DNA from: the human T2T-CHM13v2.0 reference genome, Homo sapiens
Reading direction: 5' to 3' (one strand)
Assembly: GCF_009914755.1 (NCBI RefSeq)
Contig: NC_060937.1
Length of the DNA: 64,000 bases
The translations under genes and the position numbers were made by a program. Under the pieces are notes generated by a model. The model was not told the origin of the DNA. It was given only the letters and a program-made list of their open reading frames with translations, and ran no database searches. This document shows positions 29,760 to 51,520 of this stretch, one piece after another; the first letter of the stretch is position 1, and the number at the start of each line of letters is the position of its first letter.

Positions 29760-31075
29760 GTTTACTTTATATATTTATAGTAACAAAGAAAGTTTAGCAT
29801 TACCAACAATACAGGCAAATATCTAATGAAATGTAATAGACCCAAACATATTGATTCATATTTTGATATTTGATATGAAAAGTTGAGCAACATACATCAA
29901 ATAAGTAGTATTAAGAAAATTGAAGATCTATACGTGATTCTATATTAAAAATAATTCCTGTGGCTTGAAGACTGAAATCTAGAAGGCAAAACTGTAAAGA
30001 TTTATAAAAAATAAATATAATAAAATAGATTTGTGATTTCAAAATAGGGTAAGTTTTCTTAAACAACAGAATAAATGCTAATATAAAAGAAAAATAATAA
30101 TAAATTCAACTACATCAAAAGGAGAGATTTATGATCATCACACATACCCTGAAGAAAGTGAAAAGACAAGATAACTAAACTAACATGACTATTTGGCTTA
30201 CAAAAGAATATTCAGATGCTCAAACCTCCAAAGAAAACACCATCAACATGCCTAATTTTTCATGGTTATGAGAATTTAAAACACATCTGATAGACTGATA
30301 AAAATTTAAATAGACTGATAGACTGATAAAAAATTAAAAAATTATTTCCATGCTTGCCAATTAGCAAAATTGGCAAGCATGGAAATAAACATAAGAACGC
30401 TAATGGTGGGAGGGTAAATTTTTATAAACACTCTGAAGAATAGATTGTCATTACTTAATAAAGCTAAGGACACACATATACTATAAATTAACGATTTAAT
30501 TCCTGGATCTATATTGCACTTTCATACATGTATAGAATGCTTATTTGTTTTTAGTCACTAAACGAAAACAGAAAAATGACCAACAAATCTATAAATAATA
30601 GAATAAATGCATTAGCTTTTACATTTTCATATAATAGAAAATTATATTGCAATAAAAAAATACATCATAATCACTTATAGCACCTTGTGTCAATTCACAA
30701 ACATAACGTTGAATAAGCAAAAACAAATAATAAAATCCTACATATGAGCAGTGTTATCTCATTCACATAAATTTTAAAATGGCAAATTAAATTGTATAAT
30801 TTGGGAATCCATATACATTTGTTAAAACTATGAAGAAAAATGAGAAAATAATTTTTGCAAGTTTGGATAGCAGCTACATTAAAGATAGAAACATTTGGAG
30901 GGAACTTGGGGTACATCATAAATGCTAATCATATTCTCTTTCTAGCCTTGACTAGGGTAAAAATAGATATTAGCTTCATAGTTGTCTGTTTAAACTATAT
31001 ACATAAGTTTTGGTTACATTTTTGATAGATGCAATGTTAAATAACATAAAATTTTAAAAATTAAATGTATAAAGA
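29760..31075 (+). mobile_element. Ancient L1M (ME/MC-like) ORF2 3' end and 3'UTR
   Basis: 'aaattcaactacatcaaaa', 'aagaaagtgaaaagacaag', 'ggtgggagggtaaatt'; probably the continuation of 23250-23690. Confidence 0.55.
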
Positions 31076-31294
31076 TAAAAGTTCTTAAAATGCTATGTTA
31101 ATTAACAATCTAATGGAAAATGAACAAAGCAATCTAATTGCAAATGAGAATGGGAAAAAAGATTGACTTTTTTTTCCTTTGCTTTTTTCAGCTTTCTTTG
31201 TTTTGCTTGATATTTTGTGTATAGGTGTTTATACTCTTTTTCAAAGAACGAACTGTCCTAAAACAAATGTTAAGTTGATCTGTTTTTATAGGTT

Positions 31295-31455
31295 AGTGTT
31301 TCTTAAATTTTATTATATGTGTGAATCACCTGGGGATATTATTAAAATGCATATTCTGACTCAGTAAATCTGGAGTGAGGCCTGCAATTCTAACAAGCTA
31401 CCATGGAATGCGCAGGGTGTTAGATTAGTCCAAGTACTACTCTTTGAGGAGTGGA
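31295..31455. mobile_element. MER5A-like hAT MITE
   Basis: 'gaatcacctggggatattattaaaatgcatattctgactcagtaaatctggagtgaggcctg..ttctaacaagct'. Confidence 0.7.
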
Positions 31456-32117
31456 GCTCCGAGCTACAGATTGGTTGGTAATGGCTTAATTAAAACCCAA
31501 CTGGTAATCTGTAAATGGGGTGACGATGGATTTTCATTCAGCTGGGACACAGTTGGAAGTGAAATGCAGCAGTTATTAATAATTGTGCTTGAACACAAGG
31601 TATAAACCAGAATTTCCTGGCAAACTTGGGATATCTGTTCTCCCTAGCTGTGAGTTACAGTAATTTTTTTTTTTTTTACACATTTTAAAATTTAGGACCA
31701 GACATTCTGTGAAACTGACCACCGTAAATCCTCCTGAGTAACACACCTAATATTGCCCCCCCCAAAAAAACAATCTGAAATGCATACCAGGCCTTATAAG
31801 AAAAAAGCCTTTGAGGTAGCAAATAAAGGTTTATATTTTGCTAAATGCACAGCAGAGAAAAAGTTATGCCCAGGTTGAAGTGGGTGTAAGTCTCCCATCT
31901 GCTGCTAGCTAGACAGTCTGGACCCCAGATTCTTCTTGCTCCTGAAATACTTGTAAGGCATGGTCTTATTACATTTCAATGATATAATCTTTACTTTTGG
32001 TATGAGATACTGCTTTGTTTTATCTCTTCTGCTTTTTTAATTTTTTGAACTTAAAATAATGTTGCTCTTTTCTATCTGCTGTTTCTTTTTTTCTGATTTT
32101 AAAATTACTTATAAATC

Positions 32118-32433
<316 letters not shown>

Positions 32434-32465
32434 TCAACTCTTCAAAGCAAAACAATAATTGTCTT

Positions 32466-36811
<4,346 letters not shown>

Positions 36812-38060
36812 AATTGTCTTCATTTAAAAAAACTCAATATCTTTAGATTCCATAAAAAATTTCTTTCTTTTTGTAAGTAACTCATATTTATTTTTGAAAT
36901 AATTTTTATTAGAAGTATTTTTAGTATGTGGGAACAACTGGTGTTGGTGTTATCAATCACTTGATTAATTTATTCATAAGATATCTTTGTTGAAAATATA
37001 AATATTTAAAACAGTGACCCAAACCTCTAAGGGAAAAACATAAACTGTGGCAAAAACAACAGAAAAGAAAGAACACTTAAATAAAATAATAGAAGTAACA
37101 TACATGTAATCTGAAATTATACCAATGAAAACTAGTGCATAATTTTCAATATATAGAGGATCCATTTATATATTTCAGAAAACTGACATTAGAAAATAAA
37201 AGGGGTTAGAATATGCCAGCCAGAATTAAAGTGAAAAAGCTAAAGATTCCTTTTGTCTCTTGAATCACAAGCTCTTATCTGCAAAATGTCACAGCGAAAA
37301 TTTCTGCCAGTATTAAATGGGATCTTGGTGAGCCTCATTTAATATCTCTATTCATACTCAAACAAAATGTTTTTAAGTAATGGAGATGAATATTATGGTT
37401 TTAAATCACAAAAAGTTAACAATACTGAATCATATTCAGTACTGAAAGCACCTTAAACTTGAAGTATGATTCTTTTCATAATGACATATGGTTTTCAGAA
37501 AAATAGCAGAAACTGACATTCTAGAAAAACAAAATGAGTGATTCACACCCCAGTAAAATCTAATATCACTTCCAGGATATTAAATACTTCATGTGCCAAG
37601 TTAGTCATAGATTCTGGCCTTACTTCAAGAGGTACTACTGATATTCTTAGTTGTTTTGCTTTTTATTTGTTTTGTGTGTGTGTGTGTGCATGGGTTTTTT
37701 TTTTAAATTCTAATGAATCCATAAAAATTTATCCACATATGAAGAATTCATAATGAAACAAACTTATTGCATCTGATTCATGAATCTTCATGGAATTGAC
37801 ATGAAGACTTGGCTTTAGAGATCTCTAGAACTCCCAACTAAAACAAAAATAAATTACTTCTAAATTATCTACATTATTTGCCTTCATAGTTGTGTGATAA
37901 TTGCAGGATCTCGGGGCAATATCCTTGCAAATGCATCTAGTCATGTTCTTGGATGTCTTTATTTATTAAATAACCTATTATACTCAATTTAACACACATC
38001 TCTCAAGTATGTGTACCTGGCTCTGTGATAATTGTGAAGGATTAACAAGACAATAAAATA

Positions 38061-38558
38061 TAGCTGACTCTTGAACAACATGGGTTTGAACTGTGTGGAT
38101 CCACTTATAGCCAGATTTTGTTCAATAAAAGTTACACCTAGTGTGCCTATCTCTCCTGCCTCTTCTTCTACCTCCTCCACCTCTTTTTCCTCTGTCACCC
38201 CTGAGACAGCAAGACCAACCTCTCCTCTTTCTCCTCCTCCTCAGCCTACTCAATGTGAAGAGGATAAGAATAAAGACCTTTTGTGATACTCCTTTTCCAC
38301 TTAATGAATAGTAAATATATTTCCTCTTTCTTATGATTTTCTTAACAACACTTTCTTTTCTCTAGCCTACCACTGTGAGAATACAGTTGTACTACATATA
38401 ATACGCTAACTAAATATATGTTAATTGACTGTTTGTGTTATTGATCAGACTTCCAGTCAACAGTAGTCTATTAATTAAGCCTGGGGGGAGTCAAAAGTGA
38501 TACACAAATTTTCAACTGTGTGGGGTGCCAGTGCCCATGACTCCTTCAAGGTTCAGCG
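38061..38558 (+). mobile_element. Tigger2a/MER28
   Basis: tagctgactcttgaacaacatgggtttgaactg ... ttcaaggttcagcg; homologous to 16480-16918. Confidence 0.88.
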
Positions 38559-39499
38559 CTATGGTCTCAAGTAGCTCACACTCAGGTTGACAGACAGTAA
38601 AGTCAACATTACAACAGAATTTGGCAAGTGCCCTAAAATAAAAAGAAATGGGATTCTAGGAGAGAAGGAAAAGAAAGTTCAATGTCTCCCACATTTAGCT
38701 AAAATCACCTTCCCCCAAATGTACGTACTTTAGATATAAGTCATACCTTTCAGTCCAGAGGAAATAAGCATCCTTCCATGCAAGGGGTTCTTAAATTTTG
38801 TTGTTACTTTTATTTGTTTGCTTTCTTGCTTGTTTTTATCTTTTGGCCTAAAAGACAAAACATCAATGTCACCATCTTCTACTAAATCTCATCAACTGTT
38901 TCTCAAATTAAAAGATAACTGCATCTTATTCTCTTTTGAACATACATTTTGTTTCAAGATCCTCCTTAAAACATGATTAACAAAAGTAAACACAATACTA
39001 TGTTAAAATATGAATATATAATGCTATAAACAGTTACAGATATTATTTTTTTCTGTACTTAGGGTTGTAATGCTATAATCAACCAATTTTTTCCTTACAA
39101 TTATTTTTTAAGTGTAGCAAGACCCTGTAAGTCCAGTGAATTTTTGTTTGCTTGCTTTTAAAAAATAATTATTTCTATTAGATTATGGCATATTTTAATC
39201 TGTTTAAAGATTTTACAACTAAATTCTGACACCAAATATTAACTCTCCTATCAGATTTAGAGATTTCATTAACGTTACTTCTATTTTCATTCAGGCAATA
39301 ATAAAAATGCTGATTAATATAGTTAAGTACAGGGTCTTCTGGAATTCTGGGGTAGCATACAGTAAATGTCTCCAGAGAAATACTTACCAACTGTTTGCTG
39401 CTGAAGAACCCACTCCAATTTAAGGCAGTGTGTACTAAAGGGGTCCCTGAGACTCAAATTGAACTTTTTAAGACTCTAACCTTTTTAATTCACTTATAG

Positions 39500-39640
39500 G
39501 TATTTTCATTCCATCTTTAGTACAAACCTATGAGACAGATCTATTATTAAGCTATTTCACCAAAAAGGAAACCAAGACTGCATAACTTGCCTAACTTGCA
39601 TGGTCATGCAGTTGATTGACAGACTAAGAGACTCAAAGGC
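39500..39640 (-). mobile_element. MIR fragment
   Basis: 'aaacctatgagacagatctattatta..aggaaaccaagact..aacttgcatggtcatgcag'. Confidence 0.5.
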
Positions 39641-39749
39641 GATGCATTGATTCCCAGGAAACAATTATTCAATCATTTATTATTCACCAGATTGTTCTAT
39701 GACTATATGTCCGTGATGTTTTAAGACATTTTAATATGGATTTTTACAA

Positions 39750-40260
39750 TCAATACCTATACTACACACACCTGAATGGCTAAAACTTTAAAAATTGGAA
39801 AAACCAAACACTAGCGAGAACATGGGGTCAGGGGAACTCTAATGTATGCTGTGTGGGAATGTACCATACAATATTTTCCTTCACTTTGAAGAAGAGGCTT
39901 GGGATTTTACATTTGATATATAAAATCATATATACCAAATATTTTCACTGTAACCAAGGAGTTTCCTGCCTAGAAATTTACTCAAGAAATTGGAAAACTA
40001 TGCACAAAAAAAGTTTGTAATAAGAATATTCATGAAAGCTTTATTCTTTGTAATGAAAAACTGAAAACTGTCCAAGTTTCTACAGAGAGCAATAAACTGT
40101 GGTGCATTCACACTGAAATATGACTCAGTAATAAAAAGGAATGAGCTACTGATAAGTCAAAAAACAAGGATGAATCTCATAAATATGCAGAGTGAAAGAT
40201 GCTTTTCCAGAAGGTGATGTATAGTAAAAAAAATGCATTCCCCTATTTTATTGAGAAAAA
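39750..40260 (+). mobile_element. Ancient L1ME-like 3' fragment
   Basis: 'cacctgaatggctaaaac', 'aataaactgtggtgcattcacac', 'aaaaggaatgagctactgata..ggatgaatctca'. Confidence 0.65.
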
Positions 40261-40358
40261 GGAAGTTATACTCTATACCATAGTTTGCTTTTTTGTTTTT
40301 GCCGTTTTTTTTAAATTTTTTTATTTTTTTCACACATATGGGCTATCTTTTGTTCTGC

Positions 40359-42429
<2,071 letters not shown>

Positions 42430-42749
42430 TCATACTGGCCCTTAGTATGTGCTTTACTCTTTTCCAAGGGCAACTCTGAAACAATCTAAGTAGCTGACAT
42501 CAAGTTCTCCCACATGTGTTTTACCTTTTTTAAAAAAGTGAATTATTTCCATGGATCCTAGTCATCTATCTTATTCTTCATGGTTTTCAGCAATTGCCAA
42601 ACTGGATTCTAGCCGTTCTTTCCTTCTGTACTGGGGCGTTTGGCCTGGAGATCTCTGAGGTGGAGGTGCTGGCATTGAGAGCTCTCTCGTTACTTCCTCA
42701 GCTACATTGGGACTTAAACAGCATCTTATCTTCCTTTAACAGTTTCAGT

Positions 42750-42970
42750 GAGACAAACTCCCTGCATGAATAGGACAAAAGCAAAACAGCAGTTAAGTTG
42801 TTCTGTTAACATTATACCATCTGTTGCAAGGAATGGAACTCTCTCTTCCTTGTTCCTCTTCCTGCTTTTGAACCTAGTAAAAGTGTTCTTTTTATTGTTC
42901 CTCACATATTTTCCAAGGCTCAGATTATTTTTTATTAGCCTTCTTGGCACTGTTACAGTTTCATGCAACT
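42750..42970 (-). mobile_element. CR1/L3 LINE ORF2 relic
   Basis: Translation LSLGKYVRNNKKNTF..KSRKRNKEERVPFLATDGIMLTEQLNCCFAFV resembles the CR1 ORF2 linker (..KDNKKGFFKYVRSKRK..GPLL..DG.MLT..AELLNSYFASVF). Confidence 0.65.
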
Positions 42971-44108
42971 CTTAAATTTGTATTTATGTGTGAGCGCCTT
43001 CTCCTTTTTTTTTTCTTCTTTCGAAATGTATAATCATCAAAGAATCCCCCAAAGTCACAGAGCTTTCTTTAGATAATATCAGATTTTCTTCTCTTGAGAC
43101 ATTTTTTTATACAGACTCTAACAATGCAATTCCTCACCATTTCTCTACATTTTTTTTCCCTAAAAAACAAACAAAGATCAACTATGATTAGAAACTTGAA
43201 AGGGTATATGCAGTCAGAATTGGAGTGAACTATGACAAATAGAACACTTTCATAACTATACCTCCCACCATTACTCACCATTCAAACTAATGGTGTGATA
43301 TTTTCTCTCTAAAATGATAAAATAGTCTGTTAGTTTCATGATTTCTTGGTGAATTATTTCTTTCTCTGACAATGACTAAGGAATTTTCCACATAACAAGA
43401 AAGGACTTAACTATGTGTTCCTATGAAAATAGGTCTATGGAGTGTTCTAAGAAAATAAATGCACACAATTTTAATATAATTTAAACAACAAAAACAGAAT
43501 AATGATGTTAAATTCCTGTTTTGTTTACCTGAAGGTCATAATTGTTTTAAATACTGTGTACCAGGGTCATGATATTATTTTCAATGACATGACATGTGTT
43601 GGATTATGTTCGGGATTAAATGTTAACATTATACAGATGATGCAGAATTATGTGAAACAGAAAATTAAATAATGAACAAATAGGCAGTATAGGGTAAGTA
43701 GTGGTAAGACTCCTTTTTACTCATGCTAAACAGAGACTCAGGTGAAATCCGTGGGCAGGATTTAAACTTTTCAGTTAATTTGTGATGTGGTTTGGAACAT
43801 AGCAATTTCATTAAAATTTAGATGAAAGAAGTCCCTCCCACCTCCACAGTGACATATCCAGTTGTATGTGTCTCAAATACACCACCACTTCCTCCATGTA
43901 GGTAACTGAGATTGCTACCATAGCCTGCTAATTGGCATCTCAAGCATCCGTGTCTCCATGTTCTATCTCTCCACAGTGCTCGAGAGAATAAATATGAACC
44001 GAATTCCCAAGTGGGCATCTTTTCACAATCTTTAAACAATTTCCTATCCTCTTTAAACAATTCCATTCCATGTAGCCTGCTCTGTAGACACTGAGCTTTT
44101 GTCCTTCA

Positions 44109-44154
44109 ACATAGTTAAACATACACATAGTTAAACATATACATAGTCAAACAT
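44109..44154. repeat. 16-bp tandem repeat, about 3 copies
   Basis: acatagttaaacatac / acatagttaaacatat / acatagtcaaacat. Confidence 0.85.
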
Positions 44155-44837
44155 TGCTATCATTTGACATTACAGGGGTAGTCTTGCAATCAGAAAAAGC
44201 AAATCCATGTTGTACTTAGAAAAGGGTGAAACACCTATCGCAAATGCTTCTGACATCTCCATTATTTCGAGGAGTACCATTATTGTCATCAATATAAAGG
44301 CACTGAGTGTTCTTCAGCATTTCTTCTCCCCTAGAGATGGACTGAGAACTTATAAGGAGAAACTTACATGTGTAGCCAAGCTCCTTTGAGTCTGATCACT
44401 CATGGGAGCTGGGGTGTACTGAAAAGAGTACACTTTCTGCCCCACTCCTTTTAAGCCATTTGTTTGTAAAGACAGGTTGTCATACAGTGGTCCAACTCTA
44501 CAAATGATTTGGAGAATAGGTCTATATACTTTTCGGTTTCTATATTAGGAAATCCATTTGCCTGCAAATAAAAGAACTGCCTTAATTTGGCACTTCCTGA
44601 GTAATGAAAATGTAATTATATTTCCACATATCTTCTATTTTATTTATATTCATTAATTGGCTCAGAAATTAAATTAATACAATGGTTATTTAATGAATTC
44701 TCTTTCAATCCCCATTTCTCATTTGTTTTCCATAAATGTTGCCCATAGCACAGATAGTATATTGTTCCCTTATATATTATTATATGTTCTTTAGTGATGT
44801 TTGGATTACAGTGTTCTTGCAATTTTGTTCTTTCTAA

Positions 44838-44955
44838 GTCTCTCTCTCTTCCTCTCTCTCTCTCTTTCTCTCTGTCTCCCTCCCTCCCAGCCTCCCTCTC
44901 TCTCTTTCCTTCTCTTTCTCTCTCCCTCTCTCCTTACTCTTTCCCTCTCTCCTTT
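44838..44955. repeat. CT-rich polypyrimidine tract
   Basis: Read directly from the sequence. Confidence 0.85.
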
Positions 44956-45859
44956 CATGATTATTTAACAGACAATTTGTACTGGATGCACCACCATGGC
45001 AAAGTCTGACACTCTAAAATATTATATCTTGGTTCTTCCTGTGTGAAACTCACACTATTTTTGGATTTATAATTATGTAAAAGTCTGAAAGAAGTGAATA
45101 TTATCTCTTTTTTATTTCTAAAATGTTTGTTTCTGAAAGTGTAAAAGAGGATTGATGCTATTTAACTTATCTCAAGGTAATATCAATTTTAAAAATGTAC
45201 AAAAATTGAGGTCAAAATAAAAGGTTGTATGCCTATAAAGAAATTGACAAACAGGTTGCTCCTTTAGCATTGAAAGTATCTCAAAATGACTAGACGGGAT
45301 TTCCATTATGACCTATGAAAGGTTACATAAGATCTCACTCCCACTATAAACATCAAAAACATGGACAAGATACATGTGAAAAGAAGTATTTTCAGATGTT
45401 GGAAAACACACCATGCAGTGCTGTAGACTCTGAAGGAAGAAAAACAAGAAAAATGAGCTCTGTGAGTTCAGTTTTTAGGTTTCAATATAGGAAAGCAGAC
45501 CTCAAACAAAGACTGTGGTTGCACTGAGTTGAAGAGACAAAAATGGCAGTCCAGGTAGAATGTGGCAGCTAGAATTCGTGTGACAGTGCACCCGAGAGGA
45601 GGGAGCCATTCCACAGGAAGAGAGAGCTCTAGCTTTCTGCAGTTATTCATTCCAACAATTCTTTGGCTGAATGCTGAGATGCACATATGTGGGATAAAAT
45701 TTCACAGGATATAGGAAATAATCAACAACAAGCAGAAAACTGGATAATTAATTAGACCTCAAATAAGATTGAAGTAAGTTGAATTCCTACCAGCCAGAGT
45801 AGACAGACCACATTATGCAAGGAGCCCTGGCTAGAATGCTCAGAAAAACATTGCTTTAA

Positions 45860-47325
45860 TGGAAAATTCACAGACTGGGGGGTAAATATGCATATATCTG
45901 ATAAAGAACATGTATCAAACATATACAAATAACTCCTGAAACTCAACAGTAAACAAATAAGCAACTCAATTAAAAAATAGACAAAAGATCTGGACACCTC
46001 ACCAAAGAAGATACACTGATGACAAACATATAAAAAGATACTCAATATTATATATCATTAGGGGATTGCAAATTAAAACAACAATGAGATACCACTAAAC
46101 ACCTATTATAATGGCTAAAACTCAAAACCCTGTGTGTTAGTTTGCTAGGGCTGCCATAACAAATTATGGATGGCTCAAAAACAAGAAATTTATTTTCTCA
46201 TACTTCTGAAGACTAGATGTCCAAGATAAGGTGTCAGCAGGGTTAGTTTCTTTTGCGGCTTCTCTCTTTGGCTTATAGATGTTTACCTTCTCCTTGTGTC
46301 TTCTCACAGTATTCCTTCTGTGTCTGTATTCTGATCTTCTCTCCTTATAAGGACACCATATTGAATTACAGTCCACTCTAATTACCTCATTTTATTCTAA
46401 TTACCTTTTTAAAGACCCCACCTCCAAAAACAGTCAGATTCTGAGGTACTGGTTGTTAGAACTTCAACACATGAATCTTAGGGGAGCACAATTCGGTCAA
46501 CAGCACCTAGACAACACCAAATGCTGGTAAAGATGTGGGGCAACGGGAACTCTCACTCATTGCTGGTGGGAATGCAAAATGGTACAGCTGCTGTGGAAGA
46601 CAGTTTGGCAGTTTATGACAAAACTAAACATATTTTTATGTGATCCAGCAATCATGCTTCTTGGTATTTATCAAAATGTGTTGGAAATTTATGTCCACAT
46701 AAAAATCTGCACACGGATGTTTATAGCAACTTTATTCATAGTTACCAAACTTGGAAGCAACCAAGAAGTCCTTGGTGAATAGATGAATAAACCATAGTAC
46801 ATCCAGACAGGGATGTACACAGCACTAAAAGGCAATGAGCTATAAAGGCATGAAAAGATGTAGAGAAACCTTAAATGCATACTGCTAAGTGAAAGAAACC
46901 AATCTGAAAAGGCAACACACCATATCATTCCAACTATATGACATTTTGGAAAAGGCAAAACCATAGACAGTAAAAAGATTAGTGATTGCCAGTGATTGAT
47001 GAGAGAGAAGGAAGAATGAATAGGGGAGCAGGGAATTTTTAGGAAAGTGAAACTATTCTGCGTGATAATATTGTCATGTGTGAAAAATCCATAGAACTAT
47101 ATAATACAAAGAAATTGTAACATAAACTGTGGAATTGAGTTAATGATAATGTTTCAGTATTGGTTCAACAATGGAAGTGAATGTACTGCAGCAATGCAAG
47201 ATTGCAATACTAGAAGAAACTGTGTGCATGTGTTAAGGAAAAAGGGGTAAATGGGGACTGTACTTTCTCTACAATTTTTCAGTAAACCTAAAACTGCTTT
47301 AAAAAATAAAGTCTATTTTTAAAAT
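45860..47325 (+). mobile_element. L1MC1/2-like 3' end, interrupted by MLT1A
   Basis: 'gaaagaaaccaatctgaaaagg..tatgacattttggaaaaggcaaaacca..gtaaacctaaaactgctttaaaaaataaagtctatt'. Confidence 0.82.
46133..46505 (-). mobile_element. MLT1A0-like MaLR solo LTR
   Basis: tgtgttagtttgctagggctgccataacaaa ... gaggtactgg..acttcaacacatgaat..cacaattc. Confidence 0.85.
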
Positions 47326-47703
47326 ATTAAAACAGTAAAACCAAAACAAACTTCTAAATTTGATGTATGAACTTAGAAAAGCAGTAGGATATAATGGATA
47401 TTTTTAAAAATTTACTGTATTCCTATATACCAGCAATCAATATTTTGAAACTGAAGTTTTTGCATTAGTGTGATCTGGATGTGAAACATGCAGTCAAAGA
47501 ATATCATTTTGGAGCTTTAAGATTTGACTGCCCTGTTGAATTTTGGATTTGCATGGGGCCTGTAGCCACATTGTTAAAATCATAACACAGGAATAAAGAT
47601 CATAACACAGGAAAATTTTCATTAAAATCATAACACAGGAATAATTTTCAAACAGTATATTCAAGATCTGTACAGCAAAAACTATACAGTTTCATTTGGA
47701 CAA

Positions 47704-50322
<2,619 letters not shown>

Positions 50323-50329
50323 GACAAAT

Positions 50330-51150
50330 AAAATATAAACTAAATATATACTATGTTCATTAGTAGAAGACTCAATACTATCAACATGTCAATTTGTCCA
50401 GAGTAATCTGTGGATTTATGAAATTTAAATAAAAACAGCAGAGATACTTTTGAAGAAATTAACAATATTGTTTTAAAACTTAGGTGAAAATGGGAATGAC
50501 AAAGAGTTGCCAAAATGAAATAAAATAAAAAGGTAAAAACAAAAATTGAAGCATTTACTGTATTTTAGATGGAGTCTTGCTCTGTTGCCAAGTACAGTGG
50601 TGCTATCTCAGTTCACTGCACATCTGCCTCCTGGGTTCAAGCGATTCTTGTGCCTCACCCTCCGAAGTAGCTGGGACTACAGGCATGTGCCACCACACCT
50701 AGAAAATTTTTGTATTTTTAGTAGAGATGAGGTTTCACCATGTTGGCCAGGCTGATCTTGAACTCCTGGCCTCAAGTGATCCACCCACCTTGGCCTCCCT
50801 AAGTGCTGGGATTACAGACATGAACCACCACACCTGGCCAGTTTACTGTACCTTTAAGAGTAATTATGAAACTACATTAAGCAACATGATGTGGTATTGG
50901 CATACAGATTAACTTTAGGTAAATAGAATAAAACAGAGTTTAGAAAGAGATTTTTTACTTATGTGGTCAACTGATTTTCACTAAGTTGTCCAGGTAATTA
51001 CATGAAGACAGAATAGTCTTTGACAAATTCTGTGGGAAAATTTTTACAGGTGAAAAAATAAATACTATCACTTATTTCACAACATAAACAAAAATTTGTG
51101 CCAAAAGAATCATAGATCTACAACTTAAACTTAAAACTATGAATTAGTTT
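50330..51150 (+). mobile_element. Ancient L1M ORF2 fragment, continuing 47350-47700
   Basis: 'tgttcattagtagaagactcaatacta', 'tgtggtattggcatacagat', 'ggtcaactgattttc'. Confidence 0.65.
50563..50839 (-). mobile_element. AluS with almost no A-tail and small internal deletions
   Basis: agatggagtcttgctctgttgcc..accacacctggcc; TSD tttactgta at 50554-50562 and 50842-50850. Confidence 0.9.
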
Positions 51151-51151
51151 T

Positions 51152-51356
51152 AGGCTTCTACCTACTCCATGGAGTGGGAGGCCTGGGTCTGCAGCTGCGG
51201 TTTGGGCAGCTGCAACTGCTCCTGGGGAGCTCCCACCCCAACATGGTAGGGATGGGGCTCCCACTGGCTCCATGGAGTGTGCAGCCCCAGCTGTGCCTCC
51301 CTGGTGTAGCCAGCATGATGGCAGCGACAATCTCTCTGGAGCAGCCACTGCCGTCA
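51152..51356 (-). mobile_element. 5' fragment of a MER52-like ERV1 LTR
   Basis: Minus strand begins tgacggcagtggctgctccag..gctgccatcatgctggct..ggaggcacagctggggctgcacactccatggagcc; a GC-rich island in AT-rich context. Confidence 0.7.
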
Positions 51357-51359
51357 TAA

Positions 51360-51520
51360 GGATAGGTGCAGCAGATTGACCACAAATGGACATAAGGGAG
51401 CTTTTCAGGGTGATGGAAATATTCTATGATTTATTTGTGGTTGTGGTTACACTGTCACAATATATTTGTCAAAATTCACCAAATTGGACTCTTCAAATTA
51501 GTGAATTTTATTGTACAAAA
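51360..51520 (+). mobile_element. L1M 3'UTR terminus
   Basis: 'ttttcagggtgatggaaatattcta..ggttacac..tatatttgtcaaaattcaccaaattg..gtgaattttattgta'. Confidence 0.65.

Noticed and set aside
39382-39450. Minus-strand donor G|GTAAGTA suggesting a small exon
   Set aside because: The upstream acceptor lacks a convincing polypyrimidine tract; expected by chance.
43818-44128. Possible CR1 endonuclease-like peptide (LFKEDR)
   Set aside because: Similarity too weak to support without an HMM search.
47579-47642. Spaced short repeats resembling a CRISPR array
   Set aside because: Only three 15-mers with irregular tiny spacers, primate context and no cas genes; a duplication scar.
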